From Octopus bimaculoides (Eukaryota): DNA of 36,030 bases. A program made the position numbers and the translations under genes. The notes beneath the pieces are model-generated. The model saw only the letters and a program-made list of their open reading frames with translations, was not told the DNA's origin and did not search any database. Below are positions 23,884-35,215 of this stretch, in pieces. The stretch covers positions 150,252,560 through 150,288,589 of the forward strand of contig NC_068983.1 of NCBI RefSeq assembly GCF_001194135.2, in the 5' to 3' direction. Numbering within the stretch: the first letter of the stretch is position 1; each line of letters opens with the position of its first letter.

Positions 23884-25419
23884 TTCTAATGTTTTGATTA
23901 TTCAAAATTGTACTGAAATCCATAAAAAATGTTAAGTTTTCTTCGGGAACCTAATTCGTATATATTGAACACTTCTTGCATATGAGTGAACGAGGATGCC
24001 TCTACATGGTTGTTCAAACTGATAAGAACAGTCATATCTTCCAATCTCACCCTACTGTCTTTAGCAAAAAAAAAAAAAATCCATGACACTATGCGGAGAA
24101 AAAAAAATAGCTGGTTACAGCTGCAATGACTTTCATCATGACCGTTTGGTTAAATACAGTAACAACTTCCTGTATTAAAATTATGAAGGTAAAAATAAAT
24201 ATAGAGATGGGAAAGGAGACAAAACAAAAAAAAAAAAAGGAATAAGATTATCAAAATTAACTTTTCCCTTTCGATCTCTTCAGATCGACTATGGCGGTTT
24301 CAAATCTTGTTTCCAACTCAAATGAGGTGAATGTTTTGGGTTTTTTTTTAAATTTTTTCCTAATTGCATCTAATTTGTAACTATTATAATGCAAACATCA
24401 TTATGATCAGTTACTTTGTGGTGTTATTCGGTTATTCATATAAAAAATACCTTGAACAATTTTCAAACTTAGAGTTGGATGATTCACTACTCTCCAAAGT
24501 ACTAGACTGAAAATAGTATTGCCTTACGTAGAAAAATCTACTCTGACCTACATTTGAAGTTTCGTCATTATTTTGAAAGAATCTAAACAACTATTTTATC
24601 TTAGCCTTTATTAATGAAGTTTTTCTCAAACGGAATTTTAAAACTGAGATAAAATAGTTGCTAAGACTCGTCTATAAATAGTGACGGAATAGATCACACC
24701 CAATAGTATATAAAAATCGAAACGACATACGGAAACGAAAATACAGAACTTCCATCCACCCAGCCCCACCCCCAAAAAAAGAAAGAAAAGAAACTGAATG
24801 AACATTCAAACATTGGTTCGAAATAAAAACAAGGTTAGGGAAAAGCAAATCCTAACACACTTCCGAAAAGGAGACTGAAGGCCGATGGTCTTATACACAA
24901 ATATCCTTTGTTCGTTATTCGTTCTTTAACAATATTGCTGGAGCTACGGAAATCTCGAAAAATACTAACTTTAACAGATTTTTGCTGTCGTTTGTTATAA
25001 ATATACTCGATATACATGGGAAAAAAATGTTAGGCAATCAGAATATATAAGAAATTGCTTAATATAGGAACAGATGTTAAGAATAGAGATTGCTGACTGA
25101 TAAAACTAAAAACTATTACATAGTAGCACATCAAGCTGATCTACCGCTACAGCCGATCTTTCTTTATTTCTCTGAATTTGCTGACTGTGTACTATCTCCC
25201 AACTGAGGTATTTCTATGTCCCACCCAACTTTCCTATTGTTAAATCCCCACCCCTTAATTTACTGTTCTACAGAATCCTTCGGTGTCAGATAATCTGGAC
25301 AAACCAAGAATACCGTTGCTCTATCATTTGTTGTTTTGATACAACTGTAATTAGATCGTTAGCTTTTATATCAGAAACACGTCTATACTAAGCAATGAAA
25401 TAAACCAACGAGGGATTCT

Positions 25420-25605
25420 GTATGCAATCGCCCGATTTGCTAGAAATAGCAGCTAAATCTCCCTCGAAATCAAACTCAATCGTTATACTGGATAATGTGG
25501 TTCCGGATATTCACTGCCCGAAAAAAAAATACGAGATGGGTGGGCATGACTAGAAGGCTTTTGATCATAAGTCTGCTTAATCGGAGCCTGGGCAAGCAAC
25601 AAAGA
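25420..25605 (+). mobile_element. Degenerate interspersed repeat; related pieces at about 6775-6880, 24020-24120 and 26780-26835
   Basis: Shared words ctagaaatagcagctaaatctccc, ccctac(c/t), and gg(a/c)..ttttgatcata..ct(g/a)ct among these sites. Family not determined. Confidence 0.45.
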
Positions 25606-28600
25606 GTACATCAGATATTAAAACAATAAGAATCGAAGAACAAAAAGTAACATTCTAGGTTATTTATTACACAGGCCAGTATTTATAACGTTAATAGAAA
25701 ATATCGTTCTAATGCAATAATTATAGGCTATCGGTGATTTGTATGGGAAAGATAATCCAACAGAAAAGAAAAGAAAGTAGTTGTTTTTAACACCGAGTCA
25801 ACCACAACCAAGCAGAACTATTGTCGAAGGTGTTTCAACAATCATATCTTCAGTTTATCGAGTATTCTCCTAAATACAATGTATCAATTTTCAAGATGAT
25901 AGGATGTAATTTGAAGGAAACATCGCTGCCTTTTCAAGAAGATCGAGAAACACATATGTTGGTTTATAGCGTGAGAGGAAGTCCTTTTATGGGAGAGTGG
26001 GAAAGCTACTCAAAATGTTTATAAAGATAGCTCATCTCAAGACAAACACTAAGCGAGCACGAGCCGTCAGATTTATAGCGGGGTGAGCTTAGTTGTAATG
26101 GGTGGGTGTGTGCGTGTTATATAAACAAAATCCAACTACTTACTGGCCCACACGAAAAACAAAAATATCGATCTGAGGAAAACTGATCAATTACAAGAGC
26201 TATAAGCCTTGCTAACCTGCGCTTTTTTAGCTCATAATAAAGTGCCAAATATCATCACGATTATAAAAAAAATTTTTTAACGGAAAAAAGCAGTTTGATT
26301 TTAGTAATCAATCTATGAGTGGTGATTAAAATATAACCCTTAACAGTCTTATTTACGTTCTGTTTCTCCATCGAAGTACAGAATGCTTAAAAAAATTATC
26401 CAAGGTTCCCAAATTTTTCAACTACAATTCTCAACTGTTGCGACATCCGCTCTCTTTATAAGTAACTATTCATTTCGTATAACCAAGCACTGAATCCATA
26501 TCTATTCTACTATGATTAAAAATCAACCCCTAGTTGGCACTTATTTCAACGACATAGCAGAATGGATGAACGGCTTAGTCGATTCTAGGAAAGATTTAGA
26601 CGAGACTAGGAATGTATTTACTTCAAGGCAGTGACTTGTTTCAGTCATCAATTATCACAGAATTTTTTCTCAAAACACAGCTGATGTACGAAAAGTCTTA
26701 AGACAGAAAACCACATAAGCATAAAGATGAATGACACCAGTAGAATCCAACATCTTAACGAGCTAAAATAAAGTATCGACGTCATTGCTCAGCTTGTTAG
26801 AAATATCAGCTAATTTCTCCCAAAACCATACCCTACCATAACAGAGAACTAGATTTTAAAAAATAAATAACGAGCTAACCTAAAGCTAAACAAACCTACA
26901 AAAACAGATGAATTCACTCCGTTATGCCAATGAAATATTCAATTTTAATGTTGCTGCTGCTTACAGTTATGTACTTGCACCACCAAATGGGACCTACTTA
27001 ATCTAGGTGAACTGGGTTGTTAAGAAATGAGCGTCTTGGTCATGTCGCAGTAACAAAATATAAAACCAGCAACTCTTATGCTGGTTATAAATTGACTACC
27101 CTATCGATTATGTAAATTCTCCATACTGTATTCCAACAGAGAGCATTTTTTTAAATCAGAGGTGAAGCTAGTCAACCATTAGGCTTTCTTATCCCATATA
27201 AAATCCAATCCTCTACACATATGCTGTTACTGCCTTTTAAAAAATGCAGAACCATTACAACTTTTCATATTCCAAGGTTATCATAACTTATTTCTCTTTA
27301 CTTCCGGCGCTTCTTGTGTGTGTGGATAGAACAGTTCTACCTCTGCTTCGTTTCACCATCCACACATCACTGAAGGCTAAAACGACGGAAGTAAAGAGAA
27401 ATAACTCCTGCTAAAAACCTTATCAAAATACCATTGGATACGTAAAAGAAACACGTGCCCAATATTTCATTTTCCCCCGCCCCTCGTAAATCCATGGCGA
27501 CACAATCGTTAAAAACAAACTAGTTTAATAGACCCAAGAGTAGGTTTCTAATGCAAACGTGCTGTCTCGCATATACTTTTCGAGTGTAAGTGACGCAAGC
27601 TAAGTTAAATGGTTACATTCAAGAAATCGAAACCGGGTCAGAAATGCATTCCAAGTGCCTTTGAATGCGTATATAAAGAGAAGCATGTTAGTAAATTGTT
27701 TAATAATGTACAACAGTACACCAAACGATAAAGTTGAGTAAACATGTAATTTACGATGTCTGCTTATAGTCTTGTATGCTGGTTGGTGCACACGTAGATG
27801 TCACATTCAAGAATAAAAATTCTCATAATACAATTCATTAAATATTTGACGGATATAGATACGAAAATTGCTCAATTCTTATATTTTTCGTGTTCACTGC
27901 GATATTTTAAAACTTTAATTATTTCAACTTAAACTTCTTCATTAAGTTGAATATGTGAATACTGAAGCAATTCTCAGTGGGAAACCATTTCGTTTCACAT
28001 GCGCAAATTGTGGAGAAAGCATCAATGTCCCAAATACCCATAACACTTCCACTAAAAAAAAATCAAACAGCATATTTATGTAAAGAGACAAATACCCGTA
28101 ATGCACTGCATTTACCATACTCCTCTTATGAGTGAGTTCCTCCCTCCACCAACTCAGCATCGTTATTATAGAATACCTTAAACACGTGAACATTAGATCG
28201 TATTGGCCCTCCCCAATATATCCAAAGTTTTTAGAGGGTTTTTTTTTTCTTTTTGTTACATAAGAAATAGGTAAGATCCCGAGAGAACATCATTGTTTCT
28301 ATTCTAGTTTGGAGTCAGTTTACTTTACTATACATAAGCTACAAACGCTTTTGAGAAAAGACATGGAAACCACACACACTCTGTGCTCCCCACTTTTCAT
28401 TATAAATTTGCAATTTTGTGGTCTATATAAATCAATGTAAGAACGATGCAACAAAGATGTCTCAGAATAGGACGGTAGTTATTTGGTATCTAAAGTACGA
28501 GTTCCAATCCCACGGCAAGTTCACTTAAACGTTTATCCTGTCGGCATCGAATCGTTAAAATAAAAATATATACAGTGTAGATTAAAGCGACAGTTATTTT

Positions 28601-29649
28601 TGCGCTTAGAAATTCTATTTTAAGAAAAAAGATGGTTTTTTTTTTGTCTGGTCAGAAGGAAACTGCTATAATAAATTACTGACCAGTACAAGGAACACGG
28701 GTGAGACTGACAAATTTCAGATGGTTCAGAACCAAACAGCTTGGTTATACTACGAATAATAAAACATCGTTCGCCGTCAGAGCTCCATCAGCTACCAACA
28801 CAACTCCACCACACACAAAAAATAATAATAACCTCTAGCTAATGTTACAAATATCCAAGAATCGCATACCAGCCATCCCACAAACATCTTTTAAATCCTG
28901 GAGTGAAAGAGATTATGAAAGAGTGAGGTAAGAGATTTGTTTCAGAGATAGAGAACAAATGTGTATCCATTATTATTAGTAGTAGTGGTATTATGGTGAC
29001 AGTGGTGGTGGCCGAAACAGAGGAACGTAGGATATTGCCTTGCCTTGCTGTATCTTGTTGAATTCAAATTTCACTCGTCCGAGATCAATAAAATAATATA
29101 CCCGTAATTAATGTACAGGAATTCAAACGACTTTTACTCCCTTCTTCATCAATCTAATAACAAACCTAATCGAAAGAAATCATTATCATGGTTGATTAGC
29201 GAGTGAGTTGTGCGGGTGTGCATCGGGCACTGTAGTGTAACGTTAAGTTCTTGTCGACCTGGTTTCCATTACCAATTGAAAATGCTTCGTTTCACGTAGG
29301 CAGCTAATGCCCTTGAAAAACGAATGAACATCACTACCCACTATAGTCTCCTTACATGCTTACATCAGAAAGCCATTATGATTTCGTTTCAGCTATTTTC
29401 TCCCTCAGATTATCATCGCCCTGCTCACACACTCCAAAATACTCAACAGCTGCTCACCACCTCATGAACATTTTGTTACTGCACACAAGCCAACGGAACG
29501 CTCTTTCACAATCAACTTGACAGCAAGCAACCTCTCCCTCACTGAATGTGCTTTCTCTAGTTAAATAGTATTTAAATAACACACACAGCATATATTCTAT
29601 AAATGCATATAAATATAGAGAATGAAAAGTAGGTCGTTGTATAAAGTTG

Positions 29650-29666
29650 TGTGTGAGTGTATGTAC

Positions 29667-29730
<64 letters not shown>

Positions 29731-29826
29731 CTCATGTGTCTGTTCGTTACTAGCTTTTTTTTTTTTTTTAGGTTACGTATTTCGTTTGAAGTAATAATTA
29801 GTCTCGATTCGGAATGTGTGAGTATG

Positions 29827-29859
<33 letters not shown>

Positions 29860-30078
29860 GAACAGATTCAAGATGTAGAAAAAGAAGAAATGAGAAAGCG
29901 AATATAAATAACAGGCGGAATTACGATTGTGAAGAATGGAAGAGGAACAAAACAATATGGTAGAAAATAAGAAAACCTGAAGAGCAAATTTTATATGTGT
30001 GTATATATATAAACACGGGGAAGGGGTAGAAGACATACATACATACATATAAATAAATAAATATATATATATATATAT
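29650..30078. repeat. Cluster of (TG)n, (TA)n and poly-T microsatellites at the 5' end of the large intron
   Basis: Direct reading; this cluster generates the YIYIYI ORFs in the track. Confidence 0.95.
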
Positions 30079-30132
30079 TATAACATAACGCAATGATAAG
30101 CAGTGAGAAATGTAGATAAAAGTAATACTTAC

Positions 30133-30274
30133 CCTTTAGATGAGGTAAAGCTTGCAGTTCGGGGGCATTTTTAGTTCTGTAATGCGACGATCCCTGAGAT
30201 CGTTTCTGCCTTTTCGATTTGATGGTCGCTTTACTCGTGAATGGGTCGACCATGTCCAGGACTTTTGAGGTCAT
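30133..30274 (-). CDS. wdb: First coding exon of a PP2A regulatory subunit B56/B' (widerborst / PPP2R5A-B-E-like)
   Basis: Translates MTSKVLDMVDPFTSKATIKSKRQKRSQGSSHYRTKNAPELQALPHLK+G (142 nt). It matches the recalled N-termini of Drosophila widerborst (DRIDPF..KKSQGSSRYR..ELQQLPPLK) and human B56alpha (RQKRSQGSSQFR..ELHPLPQLKD). ATG context is AAAGCCATGA. The exon ends AAG G|GTAAGT, a phase-1 donor at 30132, where the conserved LKD codon is split. Confidence 0.93.
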
Positions 30275-30577
30275 GGCTTTAAACAATTTCTACGTGTTTA
30301 CGATATTTTTTTTTATTTATTATTTTTTTTTAATTACCAGAACACGTTAAGGTCCGACCGACCATAAGAAACTAAAAATTTCTCGGTTCTTACATAGGAG
30401 GGACCTTAGTAAACTTATAATAATAATAGCATGGCCTCCACCAAGAGGCCAGACACATCCTTAGGTAGGTTAATTGATTGGTAGGTAGATTGCAGGTATA
30501 TTGGGAAGATGATATAAATGATTTATCCGAGTATGAAATAATTCGTAAGGCTCGACCCGCTTAATTTTGAAACTCAC

Positions 30578-30860
30578 CTAGACGCTCCGTAGTAGAACAA
30601 TATAACGCATTAATATTTCCATCCGGCTTTTACAACATAATTCAGGAATATTCCAATGATAAATGATAATAATAATTCGAAGAGGAGGCAAGTGTATAAT
30701 AAAGACAAAATGCTAAAAAAATTACGGACTTTTACGACAGGGAAGGGGGATTTTCGCCACGGGTTCGCAAAGCGTCCAGCTTTTCGTATCGTCCTTGAAA
30801 CTCTCGCAAAAGATCGTTATCGAACGAGATCTGTGTCGAGACTTGCGACTGGTTAGACCT
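30578..30860 (-). other. Probable non-coding 5' UTR exon of the B56 gene (TSS not determinable)
   Basis: Consensus minus-strand donor CTAG|GTGAGT at 30578/30577, about 300 bp upstream of the ATG, within the most CpG-rich segment of the window. The 5' boundary is approximate. Confidence 0.5.
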
Positions 30861-30936
30861 AATTTGTTAACGCGTTATGTTACACAATCTAAGATTATGG
30901 ATGCTAATAAGCACTTGGATTCAGTTTTGAATACTA

Positions 30937-30964
30937 ATGTGTCTGTGCGTGTATACATGCATAT

Positions 30965-31013
<49 letters not shown>

Positions 31014-31336
31014 NNNNNNNNNNNNNNNNNNNNNNNNNNNNNNNNNNNNNNNNNNNNNNNNNNNNNNNNNNNNNNNNNNNNNNNNNNNNNNNNNNNNNNN
31101 NNNNNNNNNNNNNNNNNNNNNNNNNNNNNNNNNNNNNNNNNNNNNNNNNNNNNNNNNNNNNNNNNNNNNNNNNNNNNNNNNNNNNNNNNNNNNNNNNNNN
31201 NNNNNNNNNNNNNNNNNNNNNNNNNNNNNNNNNNNNNNNNNNNNNNNNNNNNNNNNNNNNNNNNNNNNNNNNNNNNNNNNNNNNNNNNNNNNNNNNNNNN
31301 NNNNNNNNNNNNNNNNNNNNNNNNNNNNNNNNNNNT
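30937..31336. repeat. (TA)n microsatellite running into a 322-N assembly gap
   Basis: Direct reading of the sequence. Confidence 0.95.
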
Positions 31337-31338
31337 AT

Positions 31339-31558
31339 ATCATCATCATCGTTTAACGTCCGCTTTCCATGCTAGCATGGGTTGGACGATTTGACTGAGG
31401 ACTGGTGAAACCGGATGGCAACACCAGGCTCCAGTCTGATTTGGCAGAGTTTCTACAGCTGGATGCCCTTCCTAACGCCAACCACTCAGAGAGTGTAGTG
31501 GGTGCTTTTACGTGTCACCCGCACGAAAACGGCCACGCTCGAAATGGTGTCTTTTATG

Positions 31559-31563
<5 letters not shown>
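31339..31563 (-). mobile_element. Young RTE 3' UTR copy just upstream of the B56 5' region
   Basis: Nearly identical to 13599-13835, with CpGs intact. Confidence 0.9.
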
Positions 31564-31602
<39 letters not shown>

Positions 31603-31883
31603 CTCGCACATATACATATATAAAGATAGATACAGTGATATAATATAAATATGTATGTGTGTGTGTAATATAGTTCTGTACATTTTTATACTATGTACAC
31701 ATATATGTATGACATATTTTTGTACATTACACACATACATAGATATATATATGCATGTATGTATATATCATATATCTATGTATAAGTGTGAATATACACA
31801 CACACACAGATACAGACATATATGTGTATGTGTGTGTGTGTACCATAAAAAGTCAGGAGGTATATGTATGTATGCATATGTGT

Positions 31884-31917
<34 letters not shown>
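31564..31917. repeat. (TA)n/(TG)n/(CA)n low-complexity tract
   Basis: Direct reading of the sequence. Confidence 0.9.
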
Positions 31918-31919
<2 letters not shown>

Positions 31920-32484
31920 GGTACCCTCCAGCTTCTCTTCCCCTCATTACTGCCCCCTAATCCTTTGCCTTATTTTCTGTCATTGTCCTTTCCCCCACAG
32001 CATTCCCTTTCCTCTTTCTCCCTATCTAGCCTTCCCCTGTACAATCCACATGCATTCTTTCAATGACACTCTCCAGATTCCGCACCACTCACACCTATTT
32101 CTCCCTTTAATGTCCCCCTTCTCTCATACTTGCATCCATACTCACCCTTATAATGCTGTGGAAGTGGCAGCGGAAGAGTCCTGGACCCTACCCTACACAA
32201 CCCACCTTAATACATTACTACTTTTTCCCTCCTTTTCTCACTCACCCTTGACATAATTCCTTTCTCTTACCTTTCTCCTGTCCATCCAATACTCCCTTCC
32301 CCAATAGTACCTACTTTGTTATTCATTCCACTACCACCATCTCACAACTACAAATCAGTTCTCATTATACTTTACCTTCTGCACCCTCTTTCTTTAATTC
32401 TTCCTTTGTAGGAGTTACTATGAGCCCTTAGTCTTGTATTAGACCTCACGAAAGCTGGAACCACAAGAAAAGGCACAGGGTAAG

Positions 32485-32785
32485 TTCTGTAAAACAGTTG
32501 GCATTAAGAAAGGCATCCAGCTGTATAAACCATGCCAAAGCAGACATTGGAGCTTAATGCAGTCCTCCAACTGCATACATACATACATATATATATGTAT
32601 GCATGTGTGTGTGCATGCATGTGTGTGTGTCCTGAGTATGCTTTTAATTTGCATCTGGTAGTGGGACACTGGTATGGGTGATCCAGGAATTTGAGGAATG
32701 TGGAACCACCTCTTACTCACTATTGCTGCCAGGTCTACTCTATCCCAGAGTAGTAGTATCTGCCAGGGTCCCATGTGAACCACTG
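32485..32785. mobile_element. Decayed RTE tail fragment (32485-32575) plus a second LINE-3'-like interspersed repeat (32620-32785)
   Basis: agttggcattaagaaaggcatccagctgta matches the RTE 3' UTR. gaatgtggaaccacctctt..ccaggtctactct.tccc.gagtagtag..gggtcccat resembles a recalled octopus repeat. Confidence 0.5.
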
Positions 32786-33468
32786 GGAGTGAAGGATCCC
32801 TAGTTCTTGTTAGAACTTCCTTCTAGAAGGTAAACTTGTATAAAAAAAAAACTTGAAGTGGAGTTGGTTTCTGATCGTCTCAACCTCGACTGTACTTCTG
32901 CTTTTATAACATATTGTGTTGAAAAGTGGGTTCAGTTCTGCGCAACACTTTATCTACTCAAAACAAATTCACACAGAGAAACTTCTTGGACTACCAGAAC
33001 ATTTGCATGGGCTTACTGAGTGTGGGAAATGGTCTTACTCAGTTGTGAGTTGACTTCCAGCATGTGTGTTGGGGCAGGGTCTCTGATTGTGTGTGTGCAT
33101 ATGCACGTGCTACATGCTTGTGCACATATACATGTGTTTACGTCATAAGATTTTAGAAACGTTTGAGAGATATAAAGTAAATTATTTTTAACAATGGGGC
33201 ATGTAGTAGATAAAGCTATAAATAACGTGTTGAATATTGGGTTAAAAAGCCTTGGATATGTATGTATGCTATAATGCAGTTTTATTTCAAGATTTCTTGC
33301 CAATAGAGAAAGAGCCAGTTTCTAACCTAGCTCCAAGGTTCTCAGGGTATTTTAGCAGGTATCTGTGTATGTGTGCAATATTTGAAGTCAGTGCATGTGC
33401 AAGTTTGTATGTCTTGTTTTATGCATTTTCGTGCATATAGTTGCATATCTAGACATGCACATATATAC

Positions 33469-33865
33469 TTAAATGTTAAACTTCTGGAAAGTTTTACAAA
33501 TTTTTACAGTTCCAGTGATGGCTTGGATCTGTAGGCTTCAAATCAGCTTTCTCCTCACTGGTTTTGAGAAGCCTAATTTCTCAAGATTGGTACTTAGGCT
33601 GTATGTTATATATTCCAGTGCTCCAATAATTACAGGTATAAACCTGAACATGTAATCTGAGTAGAGTAACTGTAGATTTCTCAATAGTTTAGCATAAGTA
33701 TTTCTTTTTCATTGGTCTTCAGCCTTATGTTAACATCCACTGGATAGCTGATTTCCACGACTGTACACAATTTCTCTTCTCTGTCCCAAAACACTGTCAG
33801 GTCTATTATGTCTACATTTTATTGAGGTTTTCACTGAGACATTCTACCAGTATTGCTTCTAATTA
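33469..33865 (-). pseudogene. C-terminal fragment of an R4/Dong-like non-LTR retrotransposon (restriction-like endonuclease)
   Basis: With frameshifts the minus strand reads W*NVSVKTSIKCRHNRPD..WDREEKLCTVVEISYPVDVNI..KE.TYAKLLRNLQLLY..FIPVIIGALEYI..TVKICKTFQKFNI*. It contains the RLE NRPD..VEI.CP.D and IIGALG motifs. Confidence 0.8.
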
Positions 33866-33924
33866 TAACTGGCTATGTCCTGAGAGAGTACAATGCCCAT
33901 GACTTTTGCAGGCTGTCCAAGTGC

Positions 33925-34890
33925 AACCAGTGAGTTTTGATGAGGTTAAAGTTCCATTTAAATTGTTGTAAGTCAACATCTGCAAAATCTACAAGCAGTG
34001 AGATTCCATAGGACCAAGGATTTGAGGAAGAAAGACTCAATATATAGTTTGATGTAGAAACTGAGGGTGGGGAGTAAGACATGACAAGGATGAGAGGATA
34101 TAGAGAAATGAGCAAGTTGTTTTGCTCTGCCTCATCAAACACTTCTTGGAGAAGGTACACAACCAGCTCAAGGAACAAAGAGCATTATAGTAACAATAGG
34201 AAAGACCAAGGGATGAGATAGCATGTTTGAGAACCAAAAGCTGGAGCTTGTTTGTGAGTGGTTTAATACCAATCAGTCATGTGGCTCTTTTGTAGGTACA
34301 GTCCACGAAGTGAGTATAGCAGCAACACCATCCCAGATGTAGGAGTAAAATTCAATTGTAAGCTTTTCTTAAGCTTAGTAGAACGTCAGCAATTTTTGTG
34401 GACTGAAATATTATCTGGCTCTTAACAGAAGTGCCCTTCTCTGTTTGGATGAAGTTCAAGCTATGTTAGAGATCCTTGATGATAGGGATGCCCAATATTT
34501 GAAATGACCATAAGAGTTTGAGCTGAGAGCTATATATTCTTCCATAGGGTGGGTAATATGATAGCATTTTTTTAATATAAGTAGAGCTTGTGTTTTGTTT
34601 TGTTTTTCTATTTTTTCTGTTGTTAATTGAGACATGATAGGTATCACCCTGCTAGAAGATACTCTTTTTGAGGTCTCCACTCATATCATCAATGTAGGTT
34701 TGGTGTGTGGATTTAAGGTTGGATGTAGATAATGCATATTTGACGAAGGTAAAGGAGATAAAAAGTGCTAGAAGATCAACATAAGAGTGAGCATTGTTGG
34801 ATGTAGCAAGCACGTCATTGACGTATAAAAAGTAGAGAGTGGGAGACAAAATCGAATCCTAGGGCATGCCAGAGTTGATTCAGAGTGGGG
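33925..34890 (-). pseudogene. Jockey/CR1-group LINE reverse transcriptase 3' fragment, heavily decayed
   Basis: Reads INSGMP*DSILSPTLYFLYVNDVLATSNNAHSYVD (GVPQGS.LSP.LF..F.ND..YADD), and downstream SSLGLSYCYYNALCS (SLSLFYRYY.G.CS) and DLQQFKWNFN (end of ORF2). Confidence 0.75.
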
Positions 34891-34974
34891 GACAGAAATA
34901 ATTCCATTAACATATGCCATGATATGTCAATCTGATTGAAAGCTACAGAACCATACATAGTGTATGTACTCACA

Positions 34975-35053
34975 CACGCACACATACACACATACATATA
35001 CATAGAGACATATATACATACATACATACAAACATACATACATACAAACATAC

Positions 35054-35124
<71 letters not shown>

Positions 35125-35215
35125 NNNNNNNNNNNNNNNNNNNNNNNNNNNNNNNNNNNNNNNNNNNNNNNNNNNNNNNTATATATATGTATATATATAT
35201 ATATATATACATATG
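34975..35215. repeat. (ATAC)n and (TA)n microsatellites around a gap
   Basis: Direct reading of the sequence. Confidence 0.95.

Larger units (their letters stand above)
1..30132 (-). other. Large intron following the first coding exon of the B56 gene (runs off the window)
   Basis: The donor is at 30132. A manual search of the minus strand found no exon-2 motifs (EQ.ELF..KL.QCC..FDF.D..SDLK.KE.KR), and the interval is filled with TE relics. Confidence 0.7.

Noticed and set aside
26045-26097. Imperfect hairpin (actaagc..gcttagt) considered as a pre-miRNA
   Set aside because: Too many bulges and mismatches, and too short a continuous stem.
29454-29560. Possible alternative first exon ending ATGTTCATGAGGTG|GTGAGC
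   Set aside because: Its ATGs exit in phase 2, not phase 1, so it cannot encode an in-frame B56 start. Non-coding use is unsupported without RNA data.
29454-31960. Long ORFs rich in YI/VC repeats or X (also those at 7996, 10644, 13677-14350 and 34815-35672)
   Set aside because: These are read-throughs of microsatellites and N-gaps; the only real coding part among them is the antisense of the RTE C-terminus.
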